A stretch of 64,000 nucleotides of DNA from an uncultured virus (IMG/VR IMGVR_UViG_3300017739_000002) (IMGVR_UViG_3300017739_000002); one strand, 5' to 3'; shown: positions 8,487 to 18,484, numbered from the stretch's first letter. The notes: generated from the sequence alone by a model not told the origin. Numbers and translations: made by a program.

Positions 8487-8540
8487 AATAATCTCCTTTT
8501 AAGCAAGATACTTTGTAGGCCCTTTTTGGCACCTACATAT
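8484..8540 (-). promoter_or_regulatory. ROSE-like RNA thermometer in the Hsp20 5' UTR
   Basis: AUCUUGCU-UAAA-AGGAGAU hairpin sequesters the SD with a bulged G; upstream hairpin at 8514-8537; TTGACA-N17-TATATT promoter just upstream. Confidence 0.75.
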
Positions 8541-8584
8541 ATAATATAACAACAAAACATCTTGTTGTCAAGTATATTTATCAA

Positions 8585-9235
8585 TTATTTTAGTAAGTTA
8601 GGTTTTTTGTGATTACTTTTGTAACTTACCCACTTAAAACCATGTCTTTGTATTTGGAATTTATTTTCGTGTTTTATGCCATATCCTAACCCAATACTCA
8701 AATTAGGAAATACTTCATCTTCTTCTGCATCAAGATCTGGAAAATTTGGAAAACATTTAGATAGCAATTCAAAGTATTCAGTACGTAATTCGTTAATAGG
8801 TCTTTGGTCAATACCTTCTCTACATCCTATAATACATGTATCAAGATCATATTCTAATGCTTTATTTACAATAGCACCTGCATGAAAAAATATGTTATTT
8901 TCTTGTATTTGACACTGATCATTTCCTGTATATGGTTTATCATGAGTTGTAGCATTGCATACAAAACTGTGTAAAACATATGGAGCATCTAATAGTTGAC
9001 CAAAGTGTTCTATCATTCCATTGTGTTTATTATCATAATATATATTTTTTACAAGCCAGTATACTAATGCACGATGCTGAGGTTTATTTGTTCGTAGCAA
9101 AGCCCAATAATGGTCATGTTGTGTAACAAAAGATGGCACTTTAAGCACAACACGTGAAAGTTCACGCATTACGTGTGAAGGAATAATTTTAGTGGTATCG
9201 AAATCTCTTGCGAAATATCTATCTTCCCAATTCAT
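8585..9235 (-). CDS. Nitroreductase-like fold protein
   Basis: R..R.FD..K.IP, VPS, LDTCIIGC, SIGLGY. Confidence 0.55.
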   Translation of the reverse strand: MNWEDRYFARDFDTTKIIPSHVMRELSRVVLKVPSFVTQHDHYWALLRTNKPQHRALVYWLVKNIYYDNKHNGMIEHFGQLLDAPYVLHSFVCNATTHDKPYTGNDQCQIQENNIFFHAGAIVNKALEYDLDTCIIGCREGIDQRPINELRTEYFELLSKCFPNFPDLDAEEDEVFPNLSIGLGYGIKHENKFQIQRHGFKWVSYKSNHKKPNLLK

Positions 9236-9759
9236 TTTAATTTTGCACTTATTCTATTTCCACTGTTTTGTACACTTTCAAGTGTAGTACCGCACATTTC
9301 TGCAAACTTTGCAAGCAATTGGCGTGCAACATCTTGACGCCCACGTTCTCTACCTTTTAGTGTTACTGTAATTTGTACTGTATCATTTTTATCTAAGAAC
9401 TTACGTGCATTGCGAGTTTTTGTTTCTAAATCGTGTTGCTCAATGTTAAGCGTCATTCTAATTTCTTTTGACTGCTTTACATGTTCTCTCTGCTTTTTCT
9501 TTTGTTCTTTTTCTTTTTGTTTCTTTTCATATAGAAACTTGTTAAGACTAGTAATTTTGCATACTGGCGGATCTGCCTTTTCAGCGATCAACACCAAATC
9601 TAGCCCTCTAGAATTTGCTAATTGTTGTGCAGATTGGATTGGCATTATATTTGACTCTCCATCCACATCATTTACACGTACCGTTGCATGTCTAATATGT
9701 TCGTTACAAGGTACTAAAACTTTCTTTTCTCGTTTTCTATCGAATCTGTTGTTACGCAA
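9232..9759 (-). CDS. infC: Translation initiation factor IF-3
   Basis: NEHIR..VRV, GLDLVLI..A.PPVCKI, KEIR...I..HD..TK, KGRE; probable TTG start at 9759 behind AAGGAGG. Confidence 0.93.
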   Translation of the reverse strand: MRNNRFDRKREKKVLVPCNEHIRHATVRVNDVDGESNIMPIQSAQQLANSRGLDLVLIAEKADPPVCKITSLNKFLYEKKQKEKEQKKKQREHVKQSKEIRMTLNIEQHDLETKTRNARKFLDKNDTVQITVTLKGRERGRQDVARQLLAKFAEMCGTTLESVQNSGNRISAKLK

Positions 9760-10969
9760 TTCCGCCCTCCTTAATCTTCCAAGGGGCGATTCCTGTTTCA
9801 ACTGTATCTTTTGTTACTACCACCTTGGTAATCCCTTTGTTTTTATATTCTGGTAAATCATATTGTGTCTCCAATAAGGTTTCATCTAAAATTTTACGTA
9901 GTCCTCTTGCACCAATCTTCTGATTAATGCATTTATCCACAATCGCATCTATGCTATCTTTTCGGAATTCGAGATCTACACCGTCGAACTTAAATAATGC
10001 TTGATATTGTTTTATAATACTAAACTTAGGTTTTGTCAAGACATCTTTAAGATCATCTCTGTTTAGGTCATGTAATATACTAACACTAGGCAATCTACCT
10101 ACAAATTCTGGGATAAGCCCATATTTGATAAGATCCTGTGTTTCAACATTATCATGCCAAAATCTTTCATCTTCTTTTGTTTTTTCATTAAATCCAATTT
10201 TTACTTTACCTAAACGTTCTCTTATAATGTCGTCCATTCCTACGAATGCACCACTTAACACAAACAATATATTGTCTGTCTTAACTTCTAAAGATTCAGG
10301 TAAAGTTTTTGGTCTGTTAGGAACTTTTATTTCACAGCCCTCTAATAATTTAAGCAAACTCTGTTGTACACCTTCGCCACTTACGTCTCTGCTTAGGCTT
10401 ACTAAATCATTACGTTTTGCTTTTTTATCTATTTCATCTATATAAATTATTCCAACTTCTGCTTTAGCAATATTGTAGTCTGCTTTTTGTACTAATCTGT
10501 GTATTAGTACCTCTACATCATCACCAATGTAACCTTGCTCTGTTAAACTAGTTGCATCACTTATAATAAACGGAACATTTAAAAAGTTTGCTACTGTTTG
10601 TGCTATAAGTGTTTTGCCCACACCTGTAGGACCTAAAAATAACATATTGCTTTTTTGTATAGGAATACCACTATCATTTATAACACGTTTATAATGATTG
10701 TATACTGCGACAGCAATACCTTTTTTAGTATGATCCTGTCCTATAACATGGTCATCTAAATGTTTCTTTATAAGTGAGGGGGCTGGAATTTTAAAAGTTT
10801 TACGAACTACTTTTCTTTGTTCATTGACATCTATTTTGTCACGTTCTTTTGCTAACAAAGACGAACTAAGGTCTACACAGGAGTCACATATATGTACTCC
10901 ATCCATTCCTTCCAGAAGTTTAAATACTTCTTTTTGATTCTTGCCACAAAAATGGCACTTTTGCATCAT
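9752..10969 (-). CDS. clpX: Clp protease ATP-binding subunit ClpX
   Basis: CHFC..CDSC zinc finger, GPTGVGKT, IYIDEIDK, RDVSGEGVQQ, IGF loop, GARGLR. Confidence 0.96.
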   Translation of the reverse strand: MMQKCHFCGKNQKEVFKLLEGMDGVHICDSCVDLSSSLLAKERDKIDVNEQRKVVRKTFKIPAPSLIKKHLDDHVIGQDHTKKGIAVAVYNHYKRVINDSGIPIQKSNMLFLGPTGVGKTLIAQTVANFLNVPFIISDATSLTEQGYIGDDVEVLIHRLVQKADYNIAKAEVGIIYIDEIDKKAKRNDLVSLSRDVSGEGVQQSLLKLLEGCEIKVPNRPKTLPESLEVKTDNILFVLSGAFVGMDDIIRERLGKVKIGFNEKTKEDERFWHDNVETQDLIKYGLIPEFVGRLPSVSILHDLNRDDLKDVLTKPKFSIIKQYQALFKFDGVDLEFRKDSIDAIVDKCINQKIGARGLRKILDETLLETQYDLPEYKNKGITKVVVTKDTVETGIAPWKIKEGGIA

Positions 10970-11415
10970 AAAGGTCCTTGTAATTCTGTTACTATAAATT
11001 GTTCTATTTCATCAATAGATCTAAATTGGTAATACTTGCCTTCTGCACTAATAATTCTAAGTACATCTCGCTTACTACCTTTTCTGTTTACAAACAATGT
11101 CCACTTACCTTGTGGAATAGGTCTTGTAAGTGCTACACATAAATCTACATATTCACATGTATCCATATCAACAACCATAAGGTCTGCTTGTCTGCTTACA
11201 AAATATTCCCATGCAACATTGTTTTCTGTTGTAATAGCGTCACTCTCAAAAAAGACTAGACTGCTAATAATATAACGTTCTAGTAAATCTTTAATCTTTG
11301 TTTTAAATTCTTTATCCTGACTACAAATTAATACTGAAATACCGTCATCAGTAAGGTACAGATCAGGTGCAGTTACCGTATAACTGCTATTATCGTAAAC
11401 CATTTTGTTAATCAC
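10966..11415 (-). CDS. Hypothetical protein (weak receiver-like alpha/beta pattern)
   Basis: 149-aa ORF coupled to clpX. Confidence 0.6.
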   Translation of the reverse strand: MINKMVYDNSSYTVTAPDLYLTDDGISVLICSQDKEFKTKIKDLLERYIISSLVFFESDAITTENNVAWEYFVSRQADLMVVDMDTCEYVDLCVALTRPIPQGKWTLFVNRKGSKRDVLRIISAEGKYYQFRSIDEIEQFIVTELQGPL

Positions 11416-13540
11416 TTTTTCTATTTGGCTGGGGTTTCATATCTGCTAAGATTGCCTGGTATACTTGTGCTAGTGTATCATCATCTGCTTTATTAAGAAT
11501 CTTTTCTAGCTCACCACTCTTGTCGCTTTCCAGGATCTGATCTAGTGAAGGACGCTCTGTAGGCGTTGGTGGATTTGGCCACATTCCTTCGTCTTTCATT
11601 CTTGCAACAACTTTATCAATTTGTTGTTTAGTTGCGTTTGCTACTTCTGCTTTTCTATTTACTTTTTCTTGGTCAGGGTCAATAGCATAATTACGTCTGC
11701 CTGAATTATCTACTGTATAATAACCATCGTTATCTTCATATAAACCTTCCCATTCAGTGGCATCTTTGGCAAACGATCCACGTTTATCTGGTGCTTCTTT
11801 AACTTCTGGTTCTTTAATTACTACAGCCTTTTCCTCTGCAGGTTCTGTTGATTCCTCAATTACTACTGCTTCTTCCTCTGCTGGTTCTGTTACTTCTTCC
11901 TTTTGTTCTTCTAGTAAGTCTTTTTTAAACGGGTTAGGTTTTTGATCATCTTCAAATTCTGATTCGTCTATGCTTTCTTCTGTATCAGACTTTGCACTAG
12001 AAGAATGGGTTACCCATTCTTCTGTATCAGACTGTGCCATAAACTGTAGTTCTGCAATATCACTAGCCATTTCATCACCTTCTGACCAGTCGTTTTCTTT
12101 TCTCCACTTGATAAGTGTAATACCTGCAAGAACCATAACAACGGCTAATGGATCAAATACTAATACAAGAATTACAATTACCCAACGTACTGCTTCTTCT
12201 AATAAATTCTTATCCGCACTACCATATATAAATTCAGCGATATATTTAATAGGGCCAACTTCAGCCTCTAACTTTCTATACTCTGCCTCTAATTCATATT
12301 TTTGTTCTGTAAGTGTATCTATTTCCTTATTTGCATTTTTAATCTTTGTATTAAGATCTGCTATTTCAGTGTCAATAGCTTCTTTATTTTCATCTATGCC
12401 AAGTTTGTTACGTAATCTTTCAATTAAATCCTGGCTATTTTTAACTTGATCTTCTGCACTTTTTCTTAGTCTTGATATTTCGTCTCTTGCTGTTGCAATT
12501 ACAGGAGACTCAGTAGCACGTACTTCGTCAATTTTTCCTAGCATATTAAGTTCTCTATCTTTCAATGCTGGAATTTGTACTTGTCTAATATCTTTTACAA
12601 TACTACTGAGTCTTGTTCTTTCCTCATCTAGTGTTGTTTTTGCTTCTTTACGTAAATTACTAATTTGTTCCTGTATGCCATTTATAACTATCTTTTGTTC
12701 TTCTATCCATGCATTGGCGGACGCTCTTGTCCTAGGTCCTACCTGTCCATCAGCAACGCTACCTATTGTTGTTTGTGCCTGTTTTACTTGTTCTGTTTCG
12801 CCACTAGCAATTTGCCCTTGTACTTTTACTATTGTTTGTTGAATGTTTTGTATTTGATTTAATAAAGGTTGTACTGCACCATTATCTGTGCCTAGGTTTT
12901 TAATTGTTGTTTCGTATTCTTTTGCACTCTTTTCAAGCCTTTGTATTTCTGCTTGAATATTTGTAAGTTGTGTTTCATAAGGTTTTGTACGTGTGTTATC
13001 ACTTGACCTTGCATCAGAAATAATTTTGTTTTGCTGATTTATAGCAGGTTGAATACGCTCAAATGCTTTATCGATACGTTCTTGTTCTTTATCTATTTGT
13101 GATTGGATTGTGGCATCTGCACCTGAACCTGTTGTTTCAAGTTTTTGAATTTTTATTTCTGAACGTTCTATAATACTGGTGTATCGTGAAATCTCTTTAT
13201 CAACACGAACTACCTGTTCTACACTTTCTTGACTTGCTGATGTTTGTTCAATATGGGCTTTAGATAAAAAGCCAAAAATACCCATGCTTGTAATAAACAT
13301 TAGAACAACAAGTGCAAAACTGAGATAGTACTTCATACTCCAATGAGCCCTATCCCAGAATGTGTGTAACCATACCGCGGTAGTTAATTTACCAACTTCA
13401 AGTGCCGCACCCATTATAATAATAGGTACCATAGCCGCGGCGAAAATCGCCACTAGCCCAATGATACTATAGTATGCCGCCACAGCCGAAATGACTAGAG
13501 CGACGGCTAGTGTCCAAAATCCAAATATTCTTAATGCCAT
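11408..13540 (-). CDS. Membrane-anchored long coiled-coil protein with acidic tail
   Basis: 3-4 N-terminal TM helices (AYYSIIGL, LEVGK, ITSMGIFGFLSKAH), coiled coil, EVGPIKY, VFDPLAV. Confidence 0.75.
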   Translation of the reverse strand: MALRIFGFWTLAVALVISAVAAYYSIIGLVAIFAAAMVPIIIMGAALEVGKLTTAVWLHTFWDRAHWSMKYYLSFALVVLMFITSMGIFGFLSKAHIEQTSASQESVEQVVRVDKEISRYTSIIERSEIKIQKLETTGSGADATIQSQIDKEQERIDKAFERIQPAINQQNKIISDARSSDNTRTKPYETQLTNIQAEIQRLEKSAKEYETTIKNLGTDNGAVQPLLNQIQNIQQTIVKVQGQIASGETEQVKQAQTTIGSVADGQVGPRTRASANAWIEEQKIVINGIQEQISNLRKEAKTTLDEERTRLSSIVKDIRQVQIPALKDRELNMLGKIDEVRATESPVIATARDEISRLRKSAEDQVKNSQDLIERLRNKLGIDENKEAIDTEIADLNTKIKNANKEIDTLTEQKYELEAEYRKLEAEVGPIKYIAEFIYGSADKNLLEEAVRWVIVILVLVFDPLAVVMVLAGITLIKWRKENDWSEGDEMASDIAELQFMAQSDTEEWVTHSSSAKSDTEESIDESEFEDDQKPNPFKKDLLEEQKEEVTEPAEEEAVVIEESTEPAEEKAVVIKEPEVKEAPDKRGSFAKDATEWEGLYEDNDGYYTVDNSGRRNYAIDPDQEKVNRKAEVANATKQQIDKVVARMKDEGMWPNPPTPTERPSLDQILESDKSGELEKILNKADDDTLAQVYQAILADMKPQPNRKSD

Positions 13541-13547
13541 GTGCCTC

Positions 13548-13913
13548 CTAACGAGAGCCGCCGAAATACTCTACGGCATGTCCCTCTTCAACAAGTTTCT
13601 GGTTTATGTTTATTGCTTCAACACCTGTTTCTTCATTAGCAATGGTATGTAAGGTTCCTAAGATCCTTCCAAATTTACCACGCTTATTTAAAATGGTTTC
13701 TATTATAAACTCTTTTCCAAGTATTTCGGTAAGTCTTGCCTTTGCCGCAAGTCCTCTTTCCTTTTCTTCCAGATCCCTTGTGCGAGATTCAGGAGTATTA
13801 ATCCCATATAAACGTATACGTTGTTTCATAAATACGCCAAATCCTAGATCGATCTCTGCATCTACTGTGTCACCGTCTACTACTCTCATTAGTTTTGCTT
13901 TGTAAGTATACAT
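13548..13913 (-). CDS. Thermonuclease (SNase-like)
   Basis: RVVDGDT, RIRLYGINTPE, KFGRILG. Confidence 0.9.
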   Translation of the reverse strand: MYTYKAKLMRVVDGDTVDAEIDLGFGVFMKQRIRLYGINTPESRTRDLEEKERGLAAKARLTEILGKEFIIETILNKRGKFGRILGTLHTIANEETGVEAININQKLVEEGHAVEYFGGSR

Positions 13914-13965
13914 TTTTTGTCCTTCATTATAGTTATTGTTGCTTATAACAACTTTCTATACATAT

Positions 13966-14178
13966 TTACCTTTTTTCTAAAACTACAGTACTCGTAGATG
14001 ACTCTGTAATCAGAGATACTTCTAAACTTTTACCATCATTTGCATCACCAATCTTTACTTCACACGCTTCAGGCTTGTCTACACAAACTACTTCGTGAAA
14101 GATTTTTCTATGCAAATCATCTGTATCAGAATATCTTACATTGTTTGCCCATTCAGACAACCATTCTTTATTAGTCAT
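13966..14178 (-). CDS. Hypothetical protein
   Basis: 70-aa ORF in operon context. Confidence 0.6.
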   Translation of the reverse strand: MTNKEWLSEWANNVRYSDTDDLHRKIFHEVVCVDKPEACEVKIGDANDGKSLEVSLITESSTSTVVLEKR

Positions 14179-14181
14179 AAT

Positions 14182-15051
14182 TTATGCTTTCTGTTGTGCC
14201 AACCATTGTTGTGCAATACGGTTACTTGGAATCTGTTGACTCCAACTACCAATTTGGTTAAAGGCAGAATTTAAATGTTGTTCAACATCTTGTCCATCAC
14301 TATTATCAATGATGATCATGTTTTGTTTAAAATATCTTTGGAACTTTCCAATATTGTTTTGTACACTACTCCACATACTTTTAACTTCTTCTGGTGGCAA
14401 GGTGCGATCACGTTTTTCGTTACGTGCTAATGCTGTTTCTAAATCTGTGTTTACAAAAACCATTAGTGTTTCATAACCCAACTTTTTAAGTTTTTCACTC
14501 ATTGTTACAATTTTTACGTAATCTTTTCCAGTGCCATCCATTACCAATCCTAGTCTACCCACATTTGTATATGTTTCCTGTCTTCTTTTAGTAATGTCTT
14601 TTGCTTTATCTCTTGTTTCTTGACCTTGTGGACTATAAATGTTATCTGGTGTAGCATCCATGCCCATTTGTTTTAACATTTTTTCAAATGCTATATCACT
14701 GTTAATAATTTTAAAACCCATTGCCTGAAAGCCACTATTTTTAACAACAAAACTTTTTCCTGCTCCAGGGCCTCCAGCAGTAAAGACTGCCTTAAAAATT
14801 GCAGGATCATTTGGGCCTTCATTAATATCGTCCTGTTGTGCTAAGGCCGCCTTACGTTTTTCGTACTTAGATGATTTATCTAACTTCTTAAGATTTTTAG
14901 GACCTTTTTTATCTAGTTTTACTAGACGCTCAGGTAATTCTTGCTCTTCTTTCTTAACGCAATTAGGCACACGTTTTCCGAACATGGTTTTCATGCCCTT
15001 CTTCATGTAGCCTTTCCAGCATTTTTCCGTAAGTATTTCGTGTATTTGCAT
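14182..15051 (-). CDS. P-loop kinase (zeta toxin/AAA_33-like) with N-terminal CWKGY..CV module
   Basis: AGGPGAGKS, INSD, LVMDGTG, ALARN..R.R. Confidence 0.75.
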   Translation of the reverse strand: MQIHEILTEKCWKGYMKKGMKTMFGKRVPNCVKKEEQELPERLVKLDKKGPKNLKKLDKSSKYEKRKAALAQQDDINEGPNDPAIFKAVFTAGGPGAGKSFVVKNSGFQAMGFKIINSDIAFEKMLKQMGMDATPDNIYSPQGQETRDKAKDITKRRQETYTNVGRLGLVMDGTGKDYVKIVTMSEKLKKLGYETLMVFVNTDLETALARNEKRDRTLPPEEVKSMWSSVQNNIGKFQRYFKQNMIIIDNSDGQDVEQHLNSAFNQIGSWSQQIPSNRIAQQWLAQQKA

Positions 15052-15059
15052 ATATGTAT

Positions 15060-15650
15060 TTATGCAGGTTTGCGTTCTATAACCTTATCTGCCAGCCCAT
15101 ATTCAACTGCTTCTTGAGCTGTCATAAAATTATCTCTATCCATATCTTTTTCAAACTGTTCGTATGTTTTGCCTTTTGTATTGTGCTTTACATACAGTTC
15201 TGTCAAACGTTGTTTGAGATATGTAATTTCTTTATACTGTATTTCAATATCAGACTGTTTACCGCCTGCTCCACCACTAGGCTGGTGAATCATTGTACGA
15301 CTATTTGGTAGTACAAATCTCTGTCCTGGTTCTCCTGCTTGTGCTAGGAAACTTCCCATACTACAAGCCTGCCCCATTACAATAGTAGATACTGGTGCAT
15401 TAATAAATTGCATTGTATCGTAAATTGCCATACCAGATGTAATTACTCCACCTGGTGAATTGATATAAAAATTAATTGGTTCTTCAGAATTCTGGCTTTC
15501 TAAAAATAACATTTGTGCAACAATTAAATTTGCACTCATATCTTGTACATCGCCATTTAAAATAACAACTCTGTCTTTTAGTAGACGACTGTAAATATCA
15601 TAACTACGCTCGCCTCTGCCTGTTTGTTCAACCACTACTGGTACTAACAT
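15060..15650 (-). CDS. clpP: ATP-dependent Clp protease proteolytic subunit
   Basis: [35 protein letters not shown] (Ser-His-Asp triad). Confidence 0.97.
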   Translation of the reverse strand: MLVPVVVEQTGRGERSYDIYSRLLKDRVVILNGDVQDMSANLIVAQMLFLESQNSEEPINFYINSPGGVITSGMAIYDTMQFINAPVSTIVMGQACSMGSFLAQAGEPGQRFVLPNSRTMIHQPSGGAGGKQSDIEIQYKEITYLKQRLTELYVKHNTKGKTYEQFEKDMDRDNFMTAQEAVEYGLADKVIERKPA

Positions 15651-15659
15651 TTTATCTCC

Positions 15660-16469
15660 TTATTTGAATTCACATTCTAGATTATAAATTATACTAAACC
15701 TATCACCTTGTCCGTGGAAATATTCCACGCCATGTTTTGTAGGTTTTATTCCACTTCGTTTAGCGAAGTCGCCCCATGTCCAGATTGTATTAGCATATTG
15801 TAACTCTGGAAAATTACGTTTGCCCTGTTCATCTTCTACGAAATATGCAAGGCTATTTTCACCTAAGTGCAATGCACCTAAATTATCATCTGCATGTCTG
15901 CCACCAAACTTGTAAAAGTTCCAATGCATATAACTATGATAATCTACATTAGATGGTACACTATATTTTACTAACATAAGACAGGGTTTAAATTCTTTAA
16001 TAGGCTGATCTTTGTAGTGATCTTTATATGCAAGTACATCAGGTTCAAACTCATCTCGCATACGAAGAAAATAACGTAAACTTGGAAATGCATTTAGCAT
16101 CTCTTCACTATAATCAAAACCTTCTGAATAGATATAAACTTTATCACGTGTTACCCAATCATTAATAGTTGTACCACATAGTTCTTCTGCAGGTTGTTTG
16201 TCTAAAGGCATATTTGCATATGGTTGCCAGTAATCATGTAATCCTGCAATGTAATCTATATCCCAACCAACCTGTGGGCCACTGTGACTATCTGTTTTTT
16301 CTCTTCTTGGCCAATGTTCTGTTCTTAGTTCGTGTTTGCAGTTATGTAATGTTTTCCATTTTTCTGTAGAAAGCTCACTAAAGAGTTTTTTCATATAATC
16401 CCATCTATCAGAAAACTTAGTTAGTTTTACAGATGCTTTAGTATCTACTCTTTCCATCTTACTCTCCAT
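15660..16469 (-). CDS. Putative 2OG-Fe(II) oxygenase
   Basis: HAD...KHGV...RFS; paralogue of 16612-17424; start may be 16457. Confidence 0.6.
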   Translation of the reverse strand: MESKMERVDTKASVKLTKFSDRWDYMKKLFSELSTEKWKTLHNCKHELRTEHWPRREKTDSHSGPQVGWDIDYIAGLHDYWQPYANMPLDKQPAEELCGTTINDWVTRDKVYIYSEGFDYSEEMLNAFPSLRYFLRMRDEFEPDVLAYKDHYKDQPIKEFKPCLMLVKYSVPSNVDYHSYMHWNFYKFGGRHADDNLGALHLGENSLAYFVEDEQGKRNFPELQYANTIWTWGDFAKRSGIKPTKHGVEYFHGQGDRFSIIYNLECEFK

Positions 16470-16612
16470 GAGCAGTATAATTCAAATAACTGATGAAAAG
16501 CAATACAACCAAATAATCCAATTAGGAAACCTCCAGGCATAAGCATTAATTGTAAATGACTTGCAATAAACTCAGCAAAAATATAGACAGCAACGTAATC
16601 ATACCATTGCAT
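16445..16612 (-). CDS. 55-aa hydrophobic small protein, not in the ORF track
   Basis: MQWYDYVAVYIFAEF...; TAATG overlap with the upstream stop. Confidence 0.55.
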   Translation of the reverse strand: MQWYDYVAVYIFAEFIASHLQLMLMPGGFLIGLFGCIAFHQLFELYCSWRVRWKE

Positions 16613-17424
16613 TATGTTCTGCCTTGTAAATCAAATATAATACTATACCTTGTATCTGTTGTATCTTTATTTGGAATCATTCTATGATATGTTGATTTCC
16701 AATCACAACTTTGTGCATCTTCACCAAACATCCATAACATACTTGAATCTGATAATCCGTCTATATATTCCCAATCTTCAGTTATTATATTTTGTGCTTG
16801 AAATTCTATAAAGTTTTCGCCTAAATGCAATCCTGCAAAAGTTTCATCACAATGGCTATCACCAAATCTATTTGTATTAAATGCTCTGTGTTCCATTACG
16901 TTTTCATCTGTGGCTTTGGGTGTACTATATTCAATTACCATTAACTTATGTAACCACTTTTTAATATCATCTCTTGGAAATAGTACTTTTCCTGTTTCCA
17001 TAACTGGTAAAAAGTCATTATGCATTTGTATAAAATAATCTAACTCTTTAGTTACACTACCTAATTTTTCACCAGTCCAATCATATATGTAAAACTTTTT
17101 ACGTACTACATAATCACCAATTGGATCATCTTCATGTTCCCAATCGTGTGGACCAGCCATGTAATCTACATCATAACCAAAACATGGACCTTCATGTCTT
17201 GTACTGTATATCTTATTTGGTATATCTTCGTCTTTCCATTCTATAATATTTGGAACTTCATCTTCAAAGTAATTCAAAGACTCAAATACTTCAGAGCTCA
17301 TATATTTAAAAAGCTCTGAAGCAACTTGAAATCTATTACTGTATTTCGTTTTTAGTAGATCGGATTCTATAACTGGCCATTTACCAGTGTTTTGCAAATC
17401 CCTAAGATTGTTCTTGTTTAACAT
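16612..17424 (-). CDS. Putative 2OG-Fe(II) oxygenase
   Basis: HCD...YHRM...RYS; shares G.D.DY.AG.HD and LHLGEN with its neighbour. Confidence 0.6.
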   Translation of the reverse strand: MLNKNNLRDLQNTGKWPVIESDLLKTKYSNRFQVASELFKYMSSEVFESLNYFEDEVPNIIEWKDEDIPNKIYSTRHEGPCFGYDVDYMAGPHDWEHEDDPIGDYVVRKKFYIYDWTGEKLGSVTKELDYFIQMHNDFLPVMETGKVLFPRDDIKKWLHKLMVIEYSTPKATDENVMEHRAFNTNRFGDSHCDETFAGLHLGENFIEFQAQNIITEDWEYIDGLSDSSMLWMFGEDAQSCDWKSTYHRMIPNKDTTDTRYSIIFDLQGRT

Positions 17425-17641
17425 TTAATGATACTGGGTTTCCGTCAGGCATCATGATATGTTGTTCACCATTTGAATCTTCTACAATGCGGATTGCTTT
17501 GTTCATCGCCAAAAGTGTGAGAGTTGCATCACAGCCTTTAACAACGCCGTTTTCATGTCCGTTTTTCCATGCAAGGTAGCAACAGAGTAAAACTAAACTT
17601 ACTCCAACGTAACCCTCATATCCTGCAATCATTTCCATCAT
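17402..17641 (-). CDS. Small membrane protein
   Basis: Single TM segment; overlaps its neighbours. Confidence 0.6.
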   Translation of the reverse strand: MMEMIAGYEGYVGVSLVLLCCYLAWKNGHENGVVKGCDATLTLLAMNKAIRIVEDSNGEQHIMMPDGNPVSLNVKQEQS

Positions 17642-17801
17642 GTTTACCTTCCTGTTTATACAAATGAATTAAAAAGTATTTGTTCTTATTATACCACGTT
17701 TTGGTACTGTAGTCAACCGCTTTATTTTCCCATGCCATTTTTTCATCGACATGTTCAAACCATTTTTCACGTACAAAATTTCTAAACGATGAAACTTTCA
17801 T
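17616..17801 (-). CDS. Hypothetical protein
   Basis: ATGA-coupled 61-aa ORF. Confidence 0.6.
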   Translation of the reverse strand: MKVSSFRNFVREKWFEHVDEKMAWENKAVDYSTKTWYNKNKYFLIHLYKQEGKHDGNDCRI

Positions 17802-18037
17802 TTGGTCCTACGTAACAACTTAGCTCTAAGATCATTTAATTCATTATCCCTCTGAGAATTTTCTAGTACTTGTGGAGTGTCTTGCACCTTACGTGCTAGT
17901 TCTTGTGCATTAAGTTTATCTCTATCAATCAGTTTATTCATCTGTGCGATTCTATCCTTTAGAACACGAGTACGTTCTTCAAGTAAATATTGTCGCTCCA
18001 TTTCTTCAACTGTTAATTTAGGTTTACTCCACCACAT
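17798..18037 (-). CDS. Hypothetical coiled-coil protein
   Basis: TAAATA-N5-ATG start. Confidence 0.65.
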   Translation of the reverse strand: MWWSKPKLTVEEMERQYLLEERTRVLKDRIAQMNKLIDRDKLNAQELARKVQDTPQVLENSQRDNELNDLRAKLLRRTK

Positions 18038-18055
18038 ACATATATTTATGTTACC

Positions 18056-18451
18056 TTACGCAGATTGTACGTAAGGTTGATTCCAACTACCAACATTCAT
18101 GCTAATGTAATAAGCAGTGTCAAAGTAGTCAGTCATTGAATCTGACCTATCATACCAACCTTTGTTTTTCCAAAAACCATCACCTTTAATAGGTGCAGTT
18201 TTAATAATTTTGTGAATTGCATCAAACATTGCTTGATGATCACCGTACATATGTGTATGATATTGGTTAATTTGTGCATAACCATCACCATGTGTAAAAC
18301 AATCTGTGAAGTCTACTTTACCACTTTTAATAGTAACAGATACACCGTTTGAACCACCGTGCATTTTCTTTACACCAAATTTAAGCTCTGGAAATGTAAC
18401 TTTAAGCTCTTCTCTAATTGCTTTAACGTCTTCTTTGCTGATGTATGCCAT
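18056..18451 (-). CDS. Hypothetical early phage protein (LPD29-like)
   Basis: IR.ELK..FP..KF.V, D.SDSMTDYFD; strong promoter and AGGAG SD. Confidence 0.7.
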   Translation of the reverse strand: MAYISKEDVKAIREELKVTFPELKFGVKKMHGGSNGVSVTIKSGKVDFTDCFTHGDGYAQINQYHTHMYGDHQAMFDAIHKIIKTAPIKGDGFWKNKGWYDRSDSMTDYFDTAYYISMNVGSWNQPYVQSA

Positions 18452-18484
18452 TTGTTAACTCCTGTTTTTTTAACTTACTCTTAT

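Noticed and set aside
11815..11895. Direct repeat in the large membrane protein
   Set aside because: A short in-frame duplication (TEPAEE.AVVI.E) in a disordered acidic tail
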